Shown in pieces: positions 9,988 to 19,236 of a stretch of 64,000 bases of DNA; within the stretch, counting starts at the first letter, position 1, and every line of letters begins with the position of its first letter. The translations under genes and the position numbers were made by a program. The DNA comes from Acidimicrobiia bacterium. GTDB taxonomy: Bacteria > Actinomycetota > Acidimicrobiia > Spongiisociales > ZC4RG35. The notes beneath the pieces were generated by a model, which worked only from the letters and a program-made list of their open reading frames with translations, was not told where the DNA came from and ran no database searches. The stretch is taken from NCBI GenBank assembly GCA_041748855.1, contig JBGTCK010000051.1:8525-72524 (forward strand). Direction: 5' to 3'.

Positions 9988-11159
9988 GCACTATCCGGCT
10001 CGTTGAAGGAGACGGAGAGAACGCCGTTATCCAGCTTGGCCCGCGTCACCTCGCGCCGATGCAAAGCGTCGGGCAGCACAAATGAGCGCCGATAGGGCCC
10101 GAGCTGTACGAACAGCTCGTTTCCCTTGCGGTAAACGTCGAGGTCGGCCTTTTCCGCAAAGGGCACGTCCAGCTCCATGGTCACACCAGCCGAGCCCTCG
10201 ACAATCCTGAAGGGACTTGTGGCATGGAAGTCGGCGATCGGATCAGATTCTCCGTAGAGTTCCTGTGCCAACCGACGAAGACGGTCCAGGCCGATCATCT
10301 CATCGTCGAACAACCGCACCCGGAGTCGGGGCACATCGGCAAAGGCCTCGTCGACCACGTCGAGATGCCCCTTCTGGATAGATCTCCAGCGATCGAAATA
10401 GGGGTCGGTGACGTCGTCGGGGAGCACACGGTTCACCACCACACCGTCCACCCCGTAGCCGAAAAGGCCCAGGTAGCTATAGGTGCGCCGGGCCTCATCG
10501 ATCACCATTTTCTCGGGGTTGACCACCAGGCGCGCCGAGGTGATCTCGGGCGAGCTCATCAGCTCCTTGACCCCCTCGATCGAGTCGAAAACCGATTGGG
10601 CAGCGCCAAAGACCTCGTCGCGGGGCAGTGGCAGATCGGTCATCCTGGAGAGAAGCGGGCGGGCGGCCTTCATCAGCTTCCGTTCGGTTGGCATCACCCT
10701 TTCGAAATACCAGGAGAGAACTTCGGGCAGGGAGAGGAGGCGGAGCGTTTCTGCGGTAGGGGCGCAGTCGACCACCACCACGTCGTAGTCCCCGGACCGA
10801 GCGTGCTCGTTGACCTCGATCAGAGCAAACAGCTCGTCCATCCCGGGAAATATCAAGAACTCCTCGGACTCGATGCCGCCCGCCCCACCCCAGTCGAGCA
10901 CATCCATGAGCTGGCGCCTGATCGATCCCCAGTACTTATCGAGCTGACGCTGGGTATCGATCTGCTGTCCCTGGAGATTGGGGGCGATATCGGTGGGATC
11001 GCTTCCCAGACCCACCATAAGGGCGTCGGATAAGGAGTGCGCGGGATCGGTGGAGGTGACCATGGTCCGATAGCCGGCGTCGGCAGCGGCCAGGGCGGTG
11101 GCCGCAGCCACCGTTGTCTTGCCCACGCCCCCCTTTCCGGTGACGAGGATGATCCTCAT
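9984..11159 (-). CDS. ArsA/Get3-family P-loop ATPase with C-terminal HSP20-like domain
   Basis: 391 aa with P-loop GKGGVGKTT and ArsA/Get3 signature STDPAHSLSDAL. The C-terminal beta-sandwich-like segment (VTMELDVPFAEKADLDVYRKGNELFV...LDNGVLSVSF) resembles alpha-crystallin/ArsA_HSP20. Confidence 0.85.
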   Translation of the reverse strand: MRIILVTGKGGVGKTTVAAATALAAADAGYRTMVTSTDPAHSLSDALMVGLGSDPTDIAPNLQGQQIDTQRQLDKYWGSIRRQLMDVLDWGGAGGIESEEFLIFPGMDELFALIEVNEHARSGDYDVVVVDCAPTAETLRLLSLPEVLSWYFERVMPTERKLMKAARPLLSRMTDLPLPRDEVFGAAQSVFDSIEGVKELMSSPEITSARLVVNPEKMVIDEARRTYSYLGLFGYGVDGVVVNRVLPDDVTDPYFDRWRSIQKGHLDVVDEAFADVPRLRVRLFDDEMIGLDRLRRLAQELYGESDPIADFHATSPFRIVEGSAGVTMELDVPFAEKADLDVYRKGNELFVQLGPYRRSFVLPDALHRREVTRAKLDNGVLSVSFNEPDSA

Positions 11160-11596
11160 TCAGCCTGCTCGGAGACCCTCTTACGCAGACCCTTGAGGGC
11201 CGTTGTCACGATCTGGCGCTCTGCCTGGCTGCGAATGAACCCGGGGATCTTGAAGTTGGGCTCGACGCTCAGGGCATAGACCACTTCGACGCCTTGCTCG
11301 GTTTCGTTGAACGTGTACGAGCCCTCGAGCATTTTCACGTCTCCGCTCTCTTCGGCCGTCCAACTCAGGGAATGCGGCCGGGCGTGTGTGTAGCGCAGGA
11401 CGTACTCGATCTCCTTGATGAAGCCGTCAATGACGAATCGGGCACGGGTTACGTTCCCCTTGTCGTCGGTTTCCAGAACCTCGACCTCCTTGATCCCTGT
11501 CGCCCACTCCGGGTAACCGGCGATGTCGGCCACGGTGTCGTAAAGGTCGGTCGCAGCTGCGTCTATTTCCAGCGTTTGAAAGGTGCCTTCACTCAT
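11156..11596 (-). CDS. SRPBCC (polyketide cyclase/dehydrase-like) family protein
   Basis: 146 aa with the pattern typical of the SRPBCC fold (DLYDTVADIAGYPEW...). First gene of the ArsA operon. Confidence 0.75.
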   Translation of the reverse strand: MSEGTFQTLEIDAAATDLYDTVADIAGYPEWATGIKEVEVLETDDKGNVTRARFVIDGFIKEIEYVLRYTHARPHSLSWTAEESGDVKMLEGSYTFNETEQGVEVVYALSVEPNFKIPGFIRSQAERQIVTTALKGLRKRVSEQAE

Positions 11597-11638
11597 GTCG
11601 TCGCAGGTGAGGTTAGCGCCCGGCCGGACCTAGAACTT

Positions 11639-11800
11639 AGTGGCCCGTCGCTCAAATGCTGGCGGCGTTTCTCCGGCCCTCGAGGCCCCTGGCTGCGTCG
11701 AGGTGCTCGCCGCACTCCCGGGCTGCGACTGCGCGCTTCTCCTGCCAGTTGACCTCGATGACTCGGGGCTACGCTCGCCCTATTTGACCGACAGACCACT
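11639..11800 (-). mobile_element. MITE-like element, copy 3 (inverted relative to copies 1 and 2)
   Basis: 162 bp, alignable end to end by eye with 53737..53900 and 47289..47515 in reverse complement. Terminal inverted repeats are AGTGGTCTGTCGGTCAAATA and AGTGGCCCGTCGCTCAAATG (each end read inward, 5' to 3'). Strand label is an arbitrary polarity. Confidence 0.6.
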
Positions 11801-12556
11801 CAGATCAAGCCGATAGGCACGGCCGGTCGCCCGGAAGTAGCCGACGTTGACACACGACGTCGCTCCGATCCGCCACCGTGATGCCTGGGGCTGGTGAACA
11901 TCGCCGTAGAGATGCAATCCGGGTCTGACACTGCGGATGTAGTCGAGGATTGGTTGTGAGCTGCGCTCTTTGCGCCCGGTGATCACATCTGTCTCCAAGG
12001 GGCCGAGGGCCGGTGCGACATGGGTGCACAGCACGTCGACCTCACCAATCGAGTCGAGGGTCTCCCGCATCTCGTCGTCAGAGATCTCGCCCGGAGCCTG
12101 CATCGGGGTCGCCACTCCCCCGCCAGCGAACCCGAAGCTGACCCCCTCGATTTCGACCCTTCTTCCGTGCACGTACTCGAATCCAGGAGGGAGAGATTCG
12201 GCAAGGCTGGCGGGTCTGTCCACGTTCCCGTGGATCACATAGCCTGACGCATTCCCCAACGCCGCCGACAGCAGTCCATATTGATCAGCAATAGCTCTCT
12301 CGATGCCCCGGCGCGCCTCGTCCGGGTCACCCGGGCGGGTTTGCCACATCGTCCGCATCCTTTCGAAGTCGCCTTCGCCCCGGGCGCGCGCTGCGTCCCG
12401 GGCGAACTCGATGCCAAGTGCGGCGGCTACCGCCCCTTCACCGGTCCTGTAGTCGGTGAGGTTGGCTAGGTCGCCGAGTATGAGCAGCGTCTCGCCAGTG
12501 GAGGCGACAGAGGCCAGGGCGTCAAAGGCACCGTGGACATCGGAGACGACGAGCAT
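11780..12556 (-). CDS. metallophosphoesterase
   Basis: Start placed at the internal ATG giving MLVVSDVHGAFDAL (the DxH motif at the N-terminus), which overlaps the upstream stop (TGATG). GDLANL and GNVD motifs are present. The last 6 codons and the stop lie inside MITE copy 3. Confidence 0.8.
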   Translation of the reverse strand: MLVVSDVHGAFDALASVASTGETLLILGDLANLTDYRTGEGAVAAALGIEFARDAARARGEGDFERMRTMWQTRPGDPDEARRGIERAIADQYGLLSAALGNASGYVIHGNVDRPASLAESLPPGFEYVHGRRVEIEGVSFGFAGGGVATPMQAPGEISDDEMRETLDSIGEVDVLCTHVAPALGPLETDVITGRKERSSQPILDYIRSVRPGLHLYGDVHQPQASRWRIGATSCVNVGYFRATGRAYRLDLSGLSVK

Positions 12557-12852
12557 CAGGCGCCGGCATCCGTCCCAGTGGCGTACCTGACCCAGAGCAC
12601 ACTGAGGAAGGCCGCTACCAGGGCGGCAACCAGAGCAATGGGCCAGCTCCATCCGAGCGGTGAGAACTCAGCGGCCATACCGCCGATACCGAATCCGAGG
12701 ACACCGGCAACGATCAAGCGCCCCCGTTGTCCGATTCGCACTGCTGGATCGCGATGCTCACGTCCCAGGTTCTCTGCGAGCGTTCCCCCCATCACAATGA
12801 CCAGAAGGGCTACGAACCCGACCGCAAGCGAAATGGCATAGACCACGACCAT
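12556..12852 (-). CDS. small membrane protein, function unknown
   Basis: 98-aa ORF with three hydrophobic helices, translationally coupled to the metallophosphoesterase gene. Confidence 0.5.
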   Translation of the reverse strand: MVVVYAISLAVGFVALLVIVMGGTLAENLGREHRDPAVRIGQRGRLIVAGVLGFGIGGMAAEFSPLGWSWPIALVAALVAAFLSVLWVRYATGTDAGA

Positions 12853-12894
12853 CCCGCTGAGGATAACGGGCAGGACTGTCCAATCAGGTAGTCC

Positions 12895-13083
12895 TCAGGA
12901 CGCCCTGCGATCGGTGGGCACGAGGCGCAGTCTGGGAACCAATCCGGTGTCGGCGAGATTATCGAGCGCGGTCACCTCATCGTCGCTCAGTTCGACCGGC
13001 CCGATCTGGAACAGGACGGAGACCACGCAGTCGTCACACGCCGATGTCTTCTTCATCGCACAAACATCACAGTCGATCAGCAC
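12895..13083 (-). CDS. small Cys-rich protein, function unknown
   Basis: 62-aa ORF with CDVC...ACDDC (two CxxC-type pairs, possibly metal-binding). No family recognised. Confidence 0.45.
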   Translation of the reverse strand: MLIDCDVCAMKKTSACDDCVVSVLFQIGPVELSDDEVTALDNLADTGLVPRLRLVPTDRRAS

Positions 13084-13141
13084 CTCATCTCCTTCCTTTC
13101 AACGGGGAACGTACCTCCCGCCTGTGACAGATTCGGAAATG

Positions 13142-13174
13142 AAAGGAGCCCCCTGAGGTCAGGGGGCTCCTTTT
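13142..13174 (-). terminator. intrinsic terminator downstream of the opu substrate-binding gene
   Basis: Perfect 11-bp stem GGAGCCCCCTG/CAGGGGGCTCC with a 4-nt loop. On the minus-strand RNA it is followed by UUUCAUUUCC. Confidence 0.6.
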
Positions 13175-13194
13175 GGATACGTCGGACCGATTGA

Positions 13195-14100
13195 TCAGCC
13201 GTCGATAAACCCGTTCGCAGTGAGCCACTCAGTGGCCAGTGCCGCGGGATCCTCCTGGTCGATGTCCGCACGCTTGTTCATCTCGGTGAGGTCCTCGGTG
13301 GTGAGAGCCTCCGAGACGCGGTTGAGCAGGTTGGTCAGGTCGTCTCCGTAAGCGTCGACGACATCGGTGCGAATCGCCGGAACCAGGTTCTCGGCCGGAT
13401 TCAACCCCATGTCATCTTCCAACGAGACCCAGCCACGGTCGGCGATGATTCCCGAGGTCGTAAACAGAAGCGCGACATCGATCTCCCCACCGTCGAGAGC
13501 GGCGATGGTGATTGGCCCTGCCGCATCGAGTGGAGTGAACTCGGCGAATTCGAGGCCATACACCTCACTCAGGCCGAGCAGGCAGAACTCCCGTTCCGGG
13601 CATTCGGGCGGACCGCCAAAGACGAGCTCGCCGGCCACCGGCTGGAGGTCGGAGACCGTGGTCAAACCGTATTCGGCTGCGGTTTCTGCTGTGACCACAT
13701 AAGCGTTCTTGTCCTGCGCCGGGCTGTACTGAAGCAGCGTCACACCGGTCTCCTCGAAGGCGGCCTTGGCGTCGTTCCAGGTCGACTCCGAATCGGCAGT
13801 GGGCGTCGCGCCGAGGAACCCGGCGAGGGTCCCAACGTACTCGGGCACCAGGTCGATTTCGCCTGACTCGAGAGCCGGCTTCACCACCTCGCGGTTTCCG
13901 AGATTTAGCCTTCGCTCAACCTCGAAGCCCTCGGCTTCGAGAGCTTGGGCATAGATCTCGGCCACGATCACGGACTCGTTGAATGCGAAGGAACCAATTG
14001 CAATCGGTTCTCCATCACTGTCACCCGACCCACAAGCCGTTGCCACCAGGGCCACGGCCAGGATCGCCCCAACAGTGCGTTTGCGGACAAGTTTCCGCAT
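13195..14100 (-). CDS. glycine betaine/choline-type ABC transporter substrate-binding lipoprotein
   Basis: 301 aa with a lipoprotein signal (...LVATACGSG) and an OpuC/OsmX-like substrate-binding family pattern. Lies in an operon with two permeases and a CBS-containing ATPase. Confidence 0.85.
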   Translation of the reverse strand: MRKLVRKRTVGAILAVALVATACGSGDSDGEPIAIGSFAFNESVIVAEIYAQALEAEGFEVERRLNLGNREVVKPALESGEIDLVPEYVGTLAGFLGATPTADSESTWNDAKAAFEETGVTLLQYSPAQDKNAYVVTAETAAEYGLTTVSDLQPVAGELVFGGPPECPEREFCLLGLSEVYGLEFAEFTPLDAAGPITIAALDGGEIDVALLFTTSGIIADRGWVSLEDDMGLNPAENLVPAIRTDVVDAYGDDLTNLLNRVSEALTTEDLTEMNKRADIDQEDPAALATEWLTANGFIDG

Positions 14101-14207
14101 GGGTTTCTCCTTCTGTATAGATAATGATGCGCCCGTTTCATCTGTCAGATACTGACCGACCGCGCACCGATTAAAACCAACCCTATGCGAGTCCGGGAGA
14201 TTCCGGA

Positions 14208-14915
14208 TTATCCGGCGACGTTGAGCCCTTTGGGTGTCACTGCCCGCTGAATGAAGCTGAAACTCACCTCCGCAGCAATCGCAAGCAGCCCGACTGCAAT
14301 CGCTCCGAAAAGGATCTCACCGTTGTCCCGGACCGCAAAACCGTCGATGATGTAGCGCCCCAGGCCACCCCAGGCGACCAGGGCACCGAGGGTTGCGGTG
14401 GCAATCACCTGGACAAAAGCGATGCGTACTCCTTCCATCACCAGCGGCATCGCCATCGGAAGCTCGATGCCGACCAGGACCTGCCGCCCGGTGAGGCCCA
14501 TCCCTCGGGCAGCCTCGATTGTCGCCGGCTGGACAGCCTGGATCCCCGCGATCGTGTTGGTGAACACGGGGGGCGCGGCCAGGGCGATCAGCGCGACGAG
14601 GATCGACCAGGGCGTGCCAACCCCGGCCCCCATTTCAACCAGGATGAGGAAGGCAATCGCAAGGATCCCGAACGACGGGACAGCCCGTCCGATGTTGACC
14701 ACAGCGGTCGCCGCCTGGGAGCCCTTTCTTATGTGCCCGAGGTAAAGGGCCAACGGAAAGACCACCACAAAAGCGATCACAGTTGCAGCGACCGAGACCC
14801 AGACATGATCGAAAAGCCGGACCCAGAACGATCCCGGGCCGGTCCAGGTCGCCGGATCGGCCACGAATTCGACGAACTGATCCCAAATTCCCATCAGGTG
14901 TTTGCCTTCGCCCAC
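14208..14915 (-). CDS. osmoprotectant ABC transporter permease
   Basis: 235-aa ORF of a BPD-type permease. An alternative start at the ATG at 14894 would give a TGATG overlap with the upstream gene. Confidence 0.85.
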   Translation of the reverse strand: MGEGKHLMGIWDQFVEFVADPATWTGPGSFWVRLFDHVWVSVAATVIAFVVVFPLALYLGHIRKGSQAATAVVNIGRAVPSFGILAIAFLILVEMGAGVGTPWSILVALIALAAPPVFTNTIAGIQAVQPATIEAARGMGLTGRQVLVGIELPMAMPLVMEGVRIAFVQVIATATLGALVAWGGLGRYIIDGFAVRDNGEILFGAIAVGLLAIAAEVSFSFIQRAVTPKGLNVAG

Positions 14916-15562
14916 GGGCTCAACACGCGTTGCAGGGCAATAAAGGCAAGGTCGAGGATGGTGGCGAGCACAACGGATAGGACGACGCCGACGATCATCT
15001 GAGTCCAGAAGAAGGTGTTCAGCCCACGAAGGATGAAGAAGCCGTACCCGCCCAGTCCGATCACTGCCGTCACGGTCACCAGGCCTACTGTTGTGACAGT
15101 GGCGATCCGCATGCCGGCCATGATCACAGGTAGGGCCAGAGGAACCTCCATCTTCCAGAAGCGGGCCCGTGCGGTGTACCCCATTCCGTCAGCTGCCTCC
15201 TTGACCGCCTCCGGCACGCCATCGATACCGGCCACGATGTTCCGGATCAGGATGAACAGAGTGTACGAAGTGAGGGCGATGATCGCCGTCGTGTCACTCA
15301 GCCCGGTAAACGGAACCAGCAGGGCGAACAGGGCGAGGGAAGGAATGGTGTAGAGCAGGCCGGTGAAACCTGTGATCGACGGATAGGACCACCGCCAGCG
15401 GAGTGCGACCACCGTCAGACCGACTGAGATGAGAAGCCCGAGCCCCACTGAGATGCCGGTGAGTGTGAGGTGCTCCCAGGTCCGGTCGACTATCTGACCC
15501 ATGTTTCTCTCCACCCACGTCCAGTCGACGAGGGGGCCGGACTGCGCCAGGACGGAGCTCAT
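14894..15562 (-). CDS. osmoprotectant ABC transporter permease
   Basis: 222-aa polytopic permease with a 4-nt overlap with the ATPase gene. Confidence 0.85.
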   Translation of the reverse strand: MSSVLAQSGPLVDWTWVERNMGQIVDRTWEHLTLTGISVGLGLLISVGLTVVALRWRWSYPSITGFTGLLYTIPSLALFALLVPFTGLSDTTAIIALTSYTLFILIRNIVAGIDGVPEAVKEAADGMGYTARARFWKMEVPLALPVIMAGMRIATVTTVGLVTVTAVIGLGGYGFFILRGLNTFFWTQMIVGVVLSVVLATILDLAFIALQRVLSPWAKANT

Positions 15563-16668
15563 TCGGTGATTTCCTCGGCAATCGCTTCGAGGTCGAGCAT
15601 CCCGCGGTACTCATCGTCTTCGACAACAACCGCCATCCGGGCGTGACCGGTGACAACGGCGTCCAGCGCCTCTCGTAGCGACGACGAGGGAGTGAGAGAT
15701 ACTGCGAACGGCTTCGGCTCGGCCCCTGCCAGCCCCAGCGACTCGACATCGGTGCGGTCGACCCAGCCGAGGAGCCTCTTCCCGTCGAGGACACCGATCC
15801 AGTCGATCCCGTTCTCAGACATGATCCGTACGGCATCCTCACGCGAACCGCTGCGATCGATCATCGGGCCATGCACCATATCTGCTGAGCTGACCGGCAG
15901 CAGCCCGAGCCGTTTCAGGCCGCGCTCGCCGCCGAGAAAGTCCTCAACGAACTGATTGGCTGGCTCGCTCAAAATCGTTTCAGGAGTGTCGTACTGTTCG
16001 AGAATGCCCCCGGTGTTGAGGATCGCGATCCTGGTGCCGAGAAATATCGCCTCGTCGATGTCATGGGTGACGAAGACCACGGTCTTTCCCAGCTTGTCTT
16101 GAAGGTCGAGGAATTCACGTTGCAGGTGGCCGCGGACAATCGGGTCGACTGCACCGAACGGCTCGTCCATCAGCAGGACCGGAGGGTCGGCGGCAAGGGC
16201 GCGGGCGACGCCGACTCTCTGTTGCTGTCCGCCAGACAGCTCGGCCGGATAGCGCTCGAGCATCTCGGTCTCGAGACCGACCACATCGATCAGCCCCGAA
16301 ATCCGCTCCCGGATCCGCGACTTGTCCCATCCGAGCAGCTCGGGGACCGTGGCAATGTTCTGAGCGATAGTTCGATGGGGAAACAGACCGATCTGCTGGA
16401 TGACGTATCCGATCGACCTGCGCAGCTCGTGTGCGGGCACCGACAGAGCATCGACGCCATCGACCTGGATCGAGCCGCCGGTCGGTTCGATGATGCGGTT
16501 GATCATCTTGAGGGTCGTGGTCTTACCGCACCCCGAAGGTCCGACCAGAGTCACGAACTCTCCCCTGCCGACGTCGAGGCTCAAACGGTCCACGGCCGGG
16601 GTGGCCGCTCCCGGGTAGTGTTTCGACACTTCTTCGAGCCGGATCATGACTTCACTGGCGACCAACAC
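15559..16668 (-). CDS. osmoprotectant ABC transporter ATP-binding protein with C-terminal CBS pair
   Basis: 369 aa with Walker A GPSGCGKTT, signature LSGGQQQRVGVARAL and Walker B LLMDEPF. The C-terminal tandem CBS-like region matches OpuCA/ProV architecture. Confidence 0.9.
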   Translation of the reverse strand: MLVASEVMIRLEEVSKHYPGAATPAVDRLSLDVGRGEFVTLVGPSGCGKTTTLKMINRIIEPTGGSIQVDGVDALSVPAHELRRSIGYVIQQIGLFPHRTIAQNIATVPELLGWDKSRIRERISGLIDVVGLETEMLERYPAELSGGQQQRVGVARALAADPPVLLMDEPFGAVDPIVRGHLQREFLDLQDKLGKTVVFVTHDIDEAIFLGTRIAILNTGGILEQYDTPETILSEPANQFVEDFLGGERGLKRLGLLPVSSADMVHGPMIDRSGSREDAVRIMSENGIDWIGVLDGKRLLGWVDRTDVESLGLAGAEPKPFAVSLTPSSSLREALDAVVTGHARMAVVVEDDEYRGMLDLEAIAEEITE

Positions 16669-16712
16669 ACCTACTTCCTGGTTGGCGTAGAGGTTAGAAG
16701 GTCGGCCAGGAC

Positions 16713-17624
16713 TTATTCGAGGCTGGCTATGAACCCCAGGATCGCCGCTGTGTACTGCTCGCCGAGCACATCGAGAGATTCGACGTGGTCAGCACTCTCT
16801 ACCAGGACCAACTGGACCAGTGAGGGGTTGAGCTCGGCAAACTCGATACTGGTCTGAACCGGGACCGTTAGATCGGCCGTGCCGTGATGGATCAGGACCG
16901 GGATCTTGAGGCTCTGCGCGGAGTTGTCCACGTAATCGAGAGTCCTCCAGCTGATGCCGATCCGCAGCGACGTCATGAACTTGGCGACGGCGCTCAGGCT
17001 CTCGGGGACCTGGAGGGGAAGGACCGGAAGATCCCGCTGGGATGCGTTGTGATTGACCGTTTCGCCGAAGTCGATGTTCGGGGAATCGAAGTGGGCTCCG
17101 ATGACGCGGTCCCGGACCTCCCGGTAAGCAAAACCGAGGGTGTGGGCAGCGCCGGTGGAGTAGGCGTTCATGAAGATCTTCTCAGCACCATTCGCCAGGG
17201 CGTATTCGACCGCATCACTGACATCGCGGTGCTCGGTGGCCCCGTACTGGTAGAAGCCTGAAGGATCTTCGGGTTGGCCATCGTCGTTTCTATAGGTGAT
17301 GGCCAACTGGGGATAGCCGGCATCCTGTAGCGGAGCAAAGAGGGGCTCGGCTTCAGCGGGAGTGGTGCCACGCCCGTGGACATGAATCACCCATGTGTCC
17401 CCGTCGGAAGGCAGGTACCAAGCATCCATCGCACCGAGCTCGGTTTCGTACTCGACCAACTCCATCTCGTAGTCGCCGCCAGTAACGGTGATCGGGTCCG
17501 GGTCGATGACGAAGGCATCGTCGATCAGCTCGCCGGAGAAGTACCAGCCACCCGCCGCATGGAAGACAATGGCCAGAGCGACGAGCGACCAGAACAGGCC
17601 GCGAAAAAGGCTTTTAGTGTTCAC
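16713..17624 (-). CDS. alpha/beta hydrolase, membrane-anchored
   Basis: 303 aa with an N-terminal TM helix and the hydrolase-fold pattern HVHGRG...AYSTGAA...HHGTAD. Confidence 0.75.
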   Translation of the reverse strand: MNTKSLFRGLFWSLVALAIVFHAAGGWYFSGELIDDAFVIDPDPITVTGGDYEMELVEYETELGAMDAWYLPSDGDTWVIHVHGRGTTPAEAEPLFAPLQDAGYPQLAITYRNDDGQPEDPSGFYQYGATEHRDVSDAVEYALANGAEKIFMNAYSTGAAHTLGFAYREVRDRVIGAHFDSPNIDFGETVNHNASQRDLPVLPLQVPESLSAVAKFMTSLRIGISWRTLDYVDNSAQSLKIPVLIHHGTADLTVPVQTSIEFAELNPSLVQLVLVESADHVESLDVLGEQYTAAILGFIASLE

Positions 17625-17644
17625 CGGCTTGATTCTGCCCTAAT

Positions 17645-18547
17645 TCAAGCCGCTGGCAAGGACAAACCGCCGACCAGATGATCGTCGTGGTCGGTGACCG
17701 GTATGGGGTCGTCCCCGAATGTCTCCCCCAACGGGCGGGCCTCTTCGATGGTCGCGTCGACCCGGGTCGACACCGGATCGTCCATCACACTCGCCACCGT
17801 CCGATTCCCTTCGCCACTGAGATCTTCCCGGCGCACCACTCCGACGAGCACCCCTTCTTCGGCAACGGCAAGAACACTTTCGGTGTGAAGCTTCAGGGTG
17901 TCAGCCGCCTGGAGAAGAGGCGCCACATAGACGGGCTCACCCATGAACCGGTACACCCGGTCCGGCGCCGACTTGACCATCACGGCCCCGGCTCGGGCCG
18001 CACCCTTGATTCGGGCACCGGAGCCAAAGCGGGAACGTCGCAACCACGAGCCTCCCGGAGCACCCACGACCATCAGTGAGCCGTCTTCGGCGGTGTCGGC
18101 GAGCTCGTTCATGTCCTGGGCCTGAACCACCCTTCGCTCGGCTCCGGGGAAGCGTTCGCCATAGAGGGCCACGATCCTCATCGCATTGCCCAGGCCTTCG
18201 GCGTCCTGGTGGGCCGACACGATCTCGAGGGGAACGCCGAGCACGTTGGAGATGTGTGCAGCCGTGTTCACCGCCAGTTCCGAATGAGGGCCGCCGGCCA
18301 CCGTCGCTGAAACCCGGGTAATTCGCTCGGGGTCGAAGTCGACCGGCACCGCGACGTTGGCGAGATCGAAGGAACCTGGCATTTTCTTGGCGACTACGAA
18401 ATCGGCTCGATGATCGAGACAACCCCGGGACAGGTCACCTTGAATCCGGTCCGGTTCGCCGGTGGAGAGAATCTCCGCCAGTTCGAGACAACCCTTCCCT
18501 CGCGTCCACACCACATTCTGTTCCGCCAGGGACTGTGAAGTCATCAC
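17645..18547 (-). CDS. USP-like domain protein with C-terminal CBS pair
   Basis: 300 aa. The central region is universal stress protein-like (LMVVGAPGGSWLRR...GAVMV) and the C-terminus is a CBS-pair-like repeat. Confidence 0.55.
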   Translation of the reverse strand: MMTSQSLAEQNVVWTRGKGCLELAEILSTGEPDRIQGDLSRGCLDHRADFVVAKKMPGSFDLANVAVPVDFDPERITRVSATVAGGPHSELAVNTAAHISNVLGVPLEIVSAHQDAEGLGNAMRIVALYGERFPGAERRVVQAQDMNELADTAEDGSLMVVGAPGGSWLRRSRFGSGARIKGAARAGAVMVKSAPDRVYRFMGEPVYVAPLLQAADTLKLHTESVLAVAEEGVLVGVVRREDLSGEGNRTVASVMDDPVSTRVDATIEEARPLGETFGDDPIPVTDHDDHLVGGLSLPAA

Positions 18548-18636
18548 TGCCTTTCGCTGCTACCGGGCCGCCGGTTGTGGCCCTGACTCGAGCCCAACCC
18601 TCCGATCATCCTAGAGCGGTATGACAGAATGTCTCT

Positions 18637-19236
18637 ATGGAATTCAGAGAAGTGCTGGAACGTCGGCGCATGGTACGCAACTACAAGGACGACTCGATCG
18701 ACCCCGAAATCCTGACGCGGGTTGCGGCCGCCGCCCTCCGCGCCCCCTCGGCCGGCAACTCCCAGGGGGTTTCAGTCGTGGTGGTCACCGACAAGCAGCG
18801 ACGCCAGGAAATCGCCGACCTCGCGACCGAGGCCACCTACGTCGCCGCCGGTTTCGACCCATGGATCTCCCGGGCACCCGCTCACATCGTGATTTCGATA
18901 TCGGAGCAGATCTACCACGACCGATACCGGGAGCCGGACAAGCTCGACGACCGGGGGGAGGAGATCCCGTGGCCGGTACCCTACTGGTGGGTCGACGCAG
19001 GGGCGGCGATGATGGCAGTGCTGCTTGCTGCGGTCGACGAAGGGCTCGCTGCGGGATTTCTCGGCGTCCACTCGATTCCGGACCTGAGAAAACTGCTCGA
19101 GATCCCGGGTGAGTTCTCGCCGCTCGGGGTGATCACAGTTGGCCATCCCGCACCGGATCGAAGGTCAAAGAGCCTCGACCGGGGTCAACGCCCTCTCGAA
19201 GAGACCCTCCACTTCGAGACCTACACCGCTCCCTGA
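18637..19236 (+). CDS. nitroreductase family protein
   Basis: 199 aa. EVLERRRMVRNY...APSAGNSQG is typical of the nitroreductase fold. Confidence 0.8.
   Translation: MEFREVLERRRMVRNYKDDSIDPEILTRVAAAALRAPSAGNSQGVSVVVVTDKQRRQEIADLATEATYVAAGFDPWISRAPAHIVISISEQIYHDRYREPDKLDDRGEEIPWPVPYWWVDAGAAMMAVLLAAVDEGLAAGFLGVHSIPDLRKLLEIPGEFSPLGVITVGHPAPDRRSKSLDRGQRPLEETLHFETYTAP

Noticed and set aside
11780-12652. Full 290-aa version of the metallophosphoesterase ORF
   Set aside because: The first 32 codons overlap the upstream membrane-protein gene. The internal ATG gives the canonical MLVVSDVHG N-terminus and a TGATG stop/start junction.
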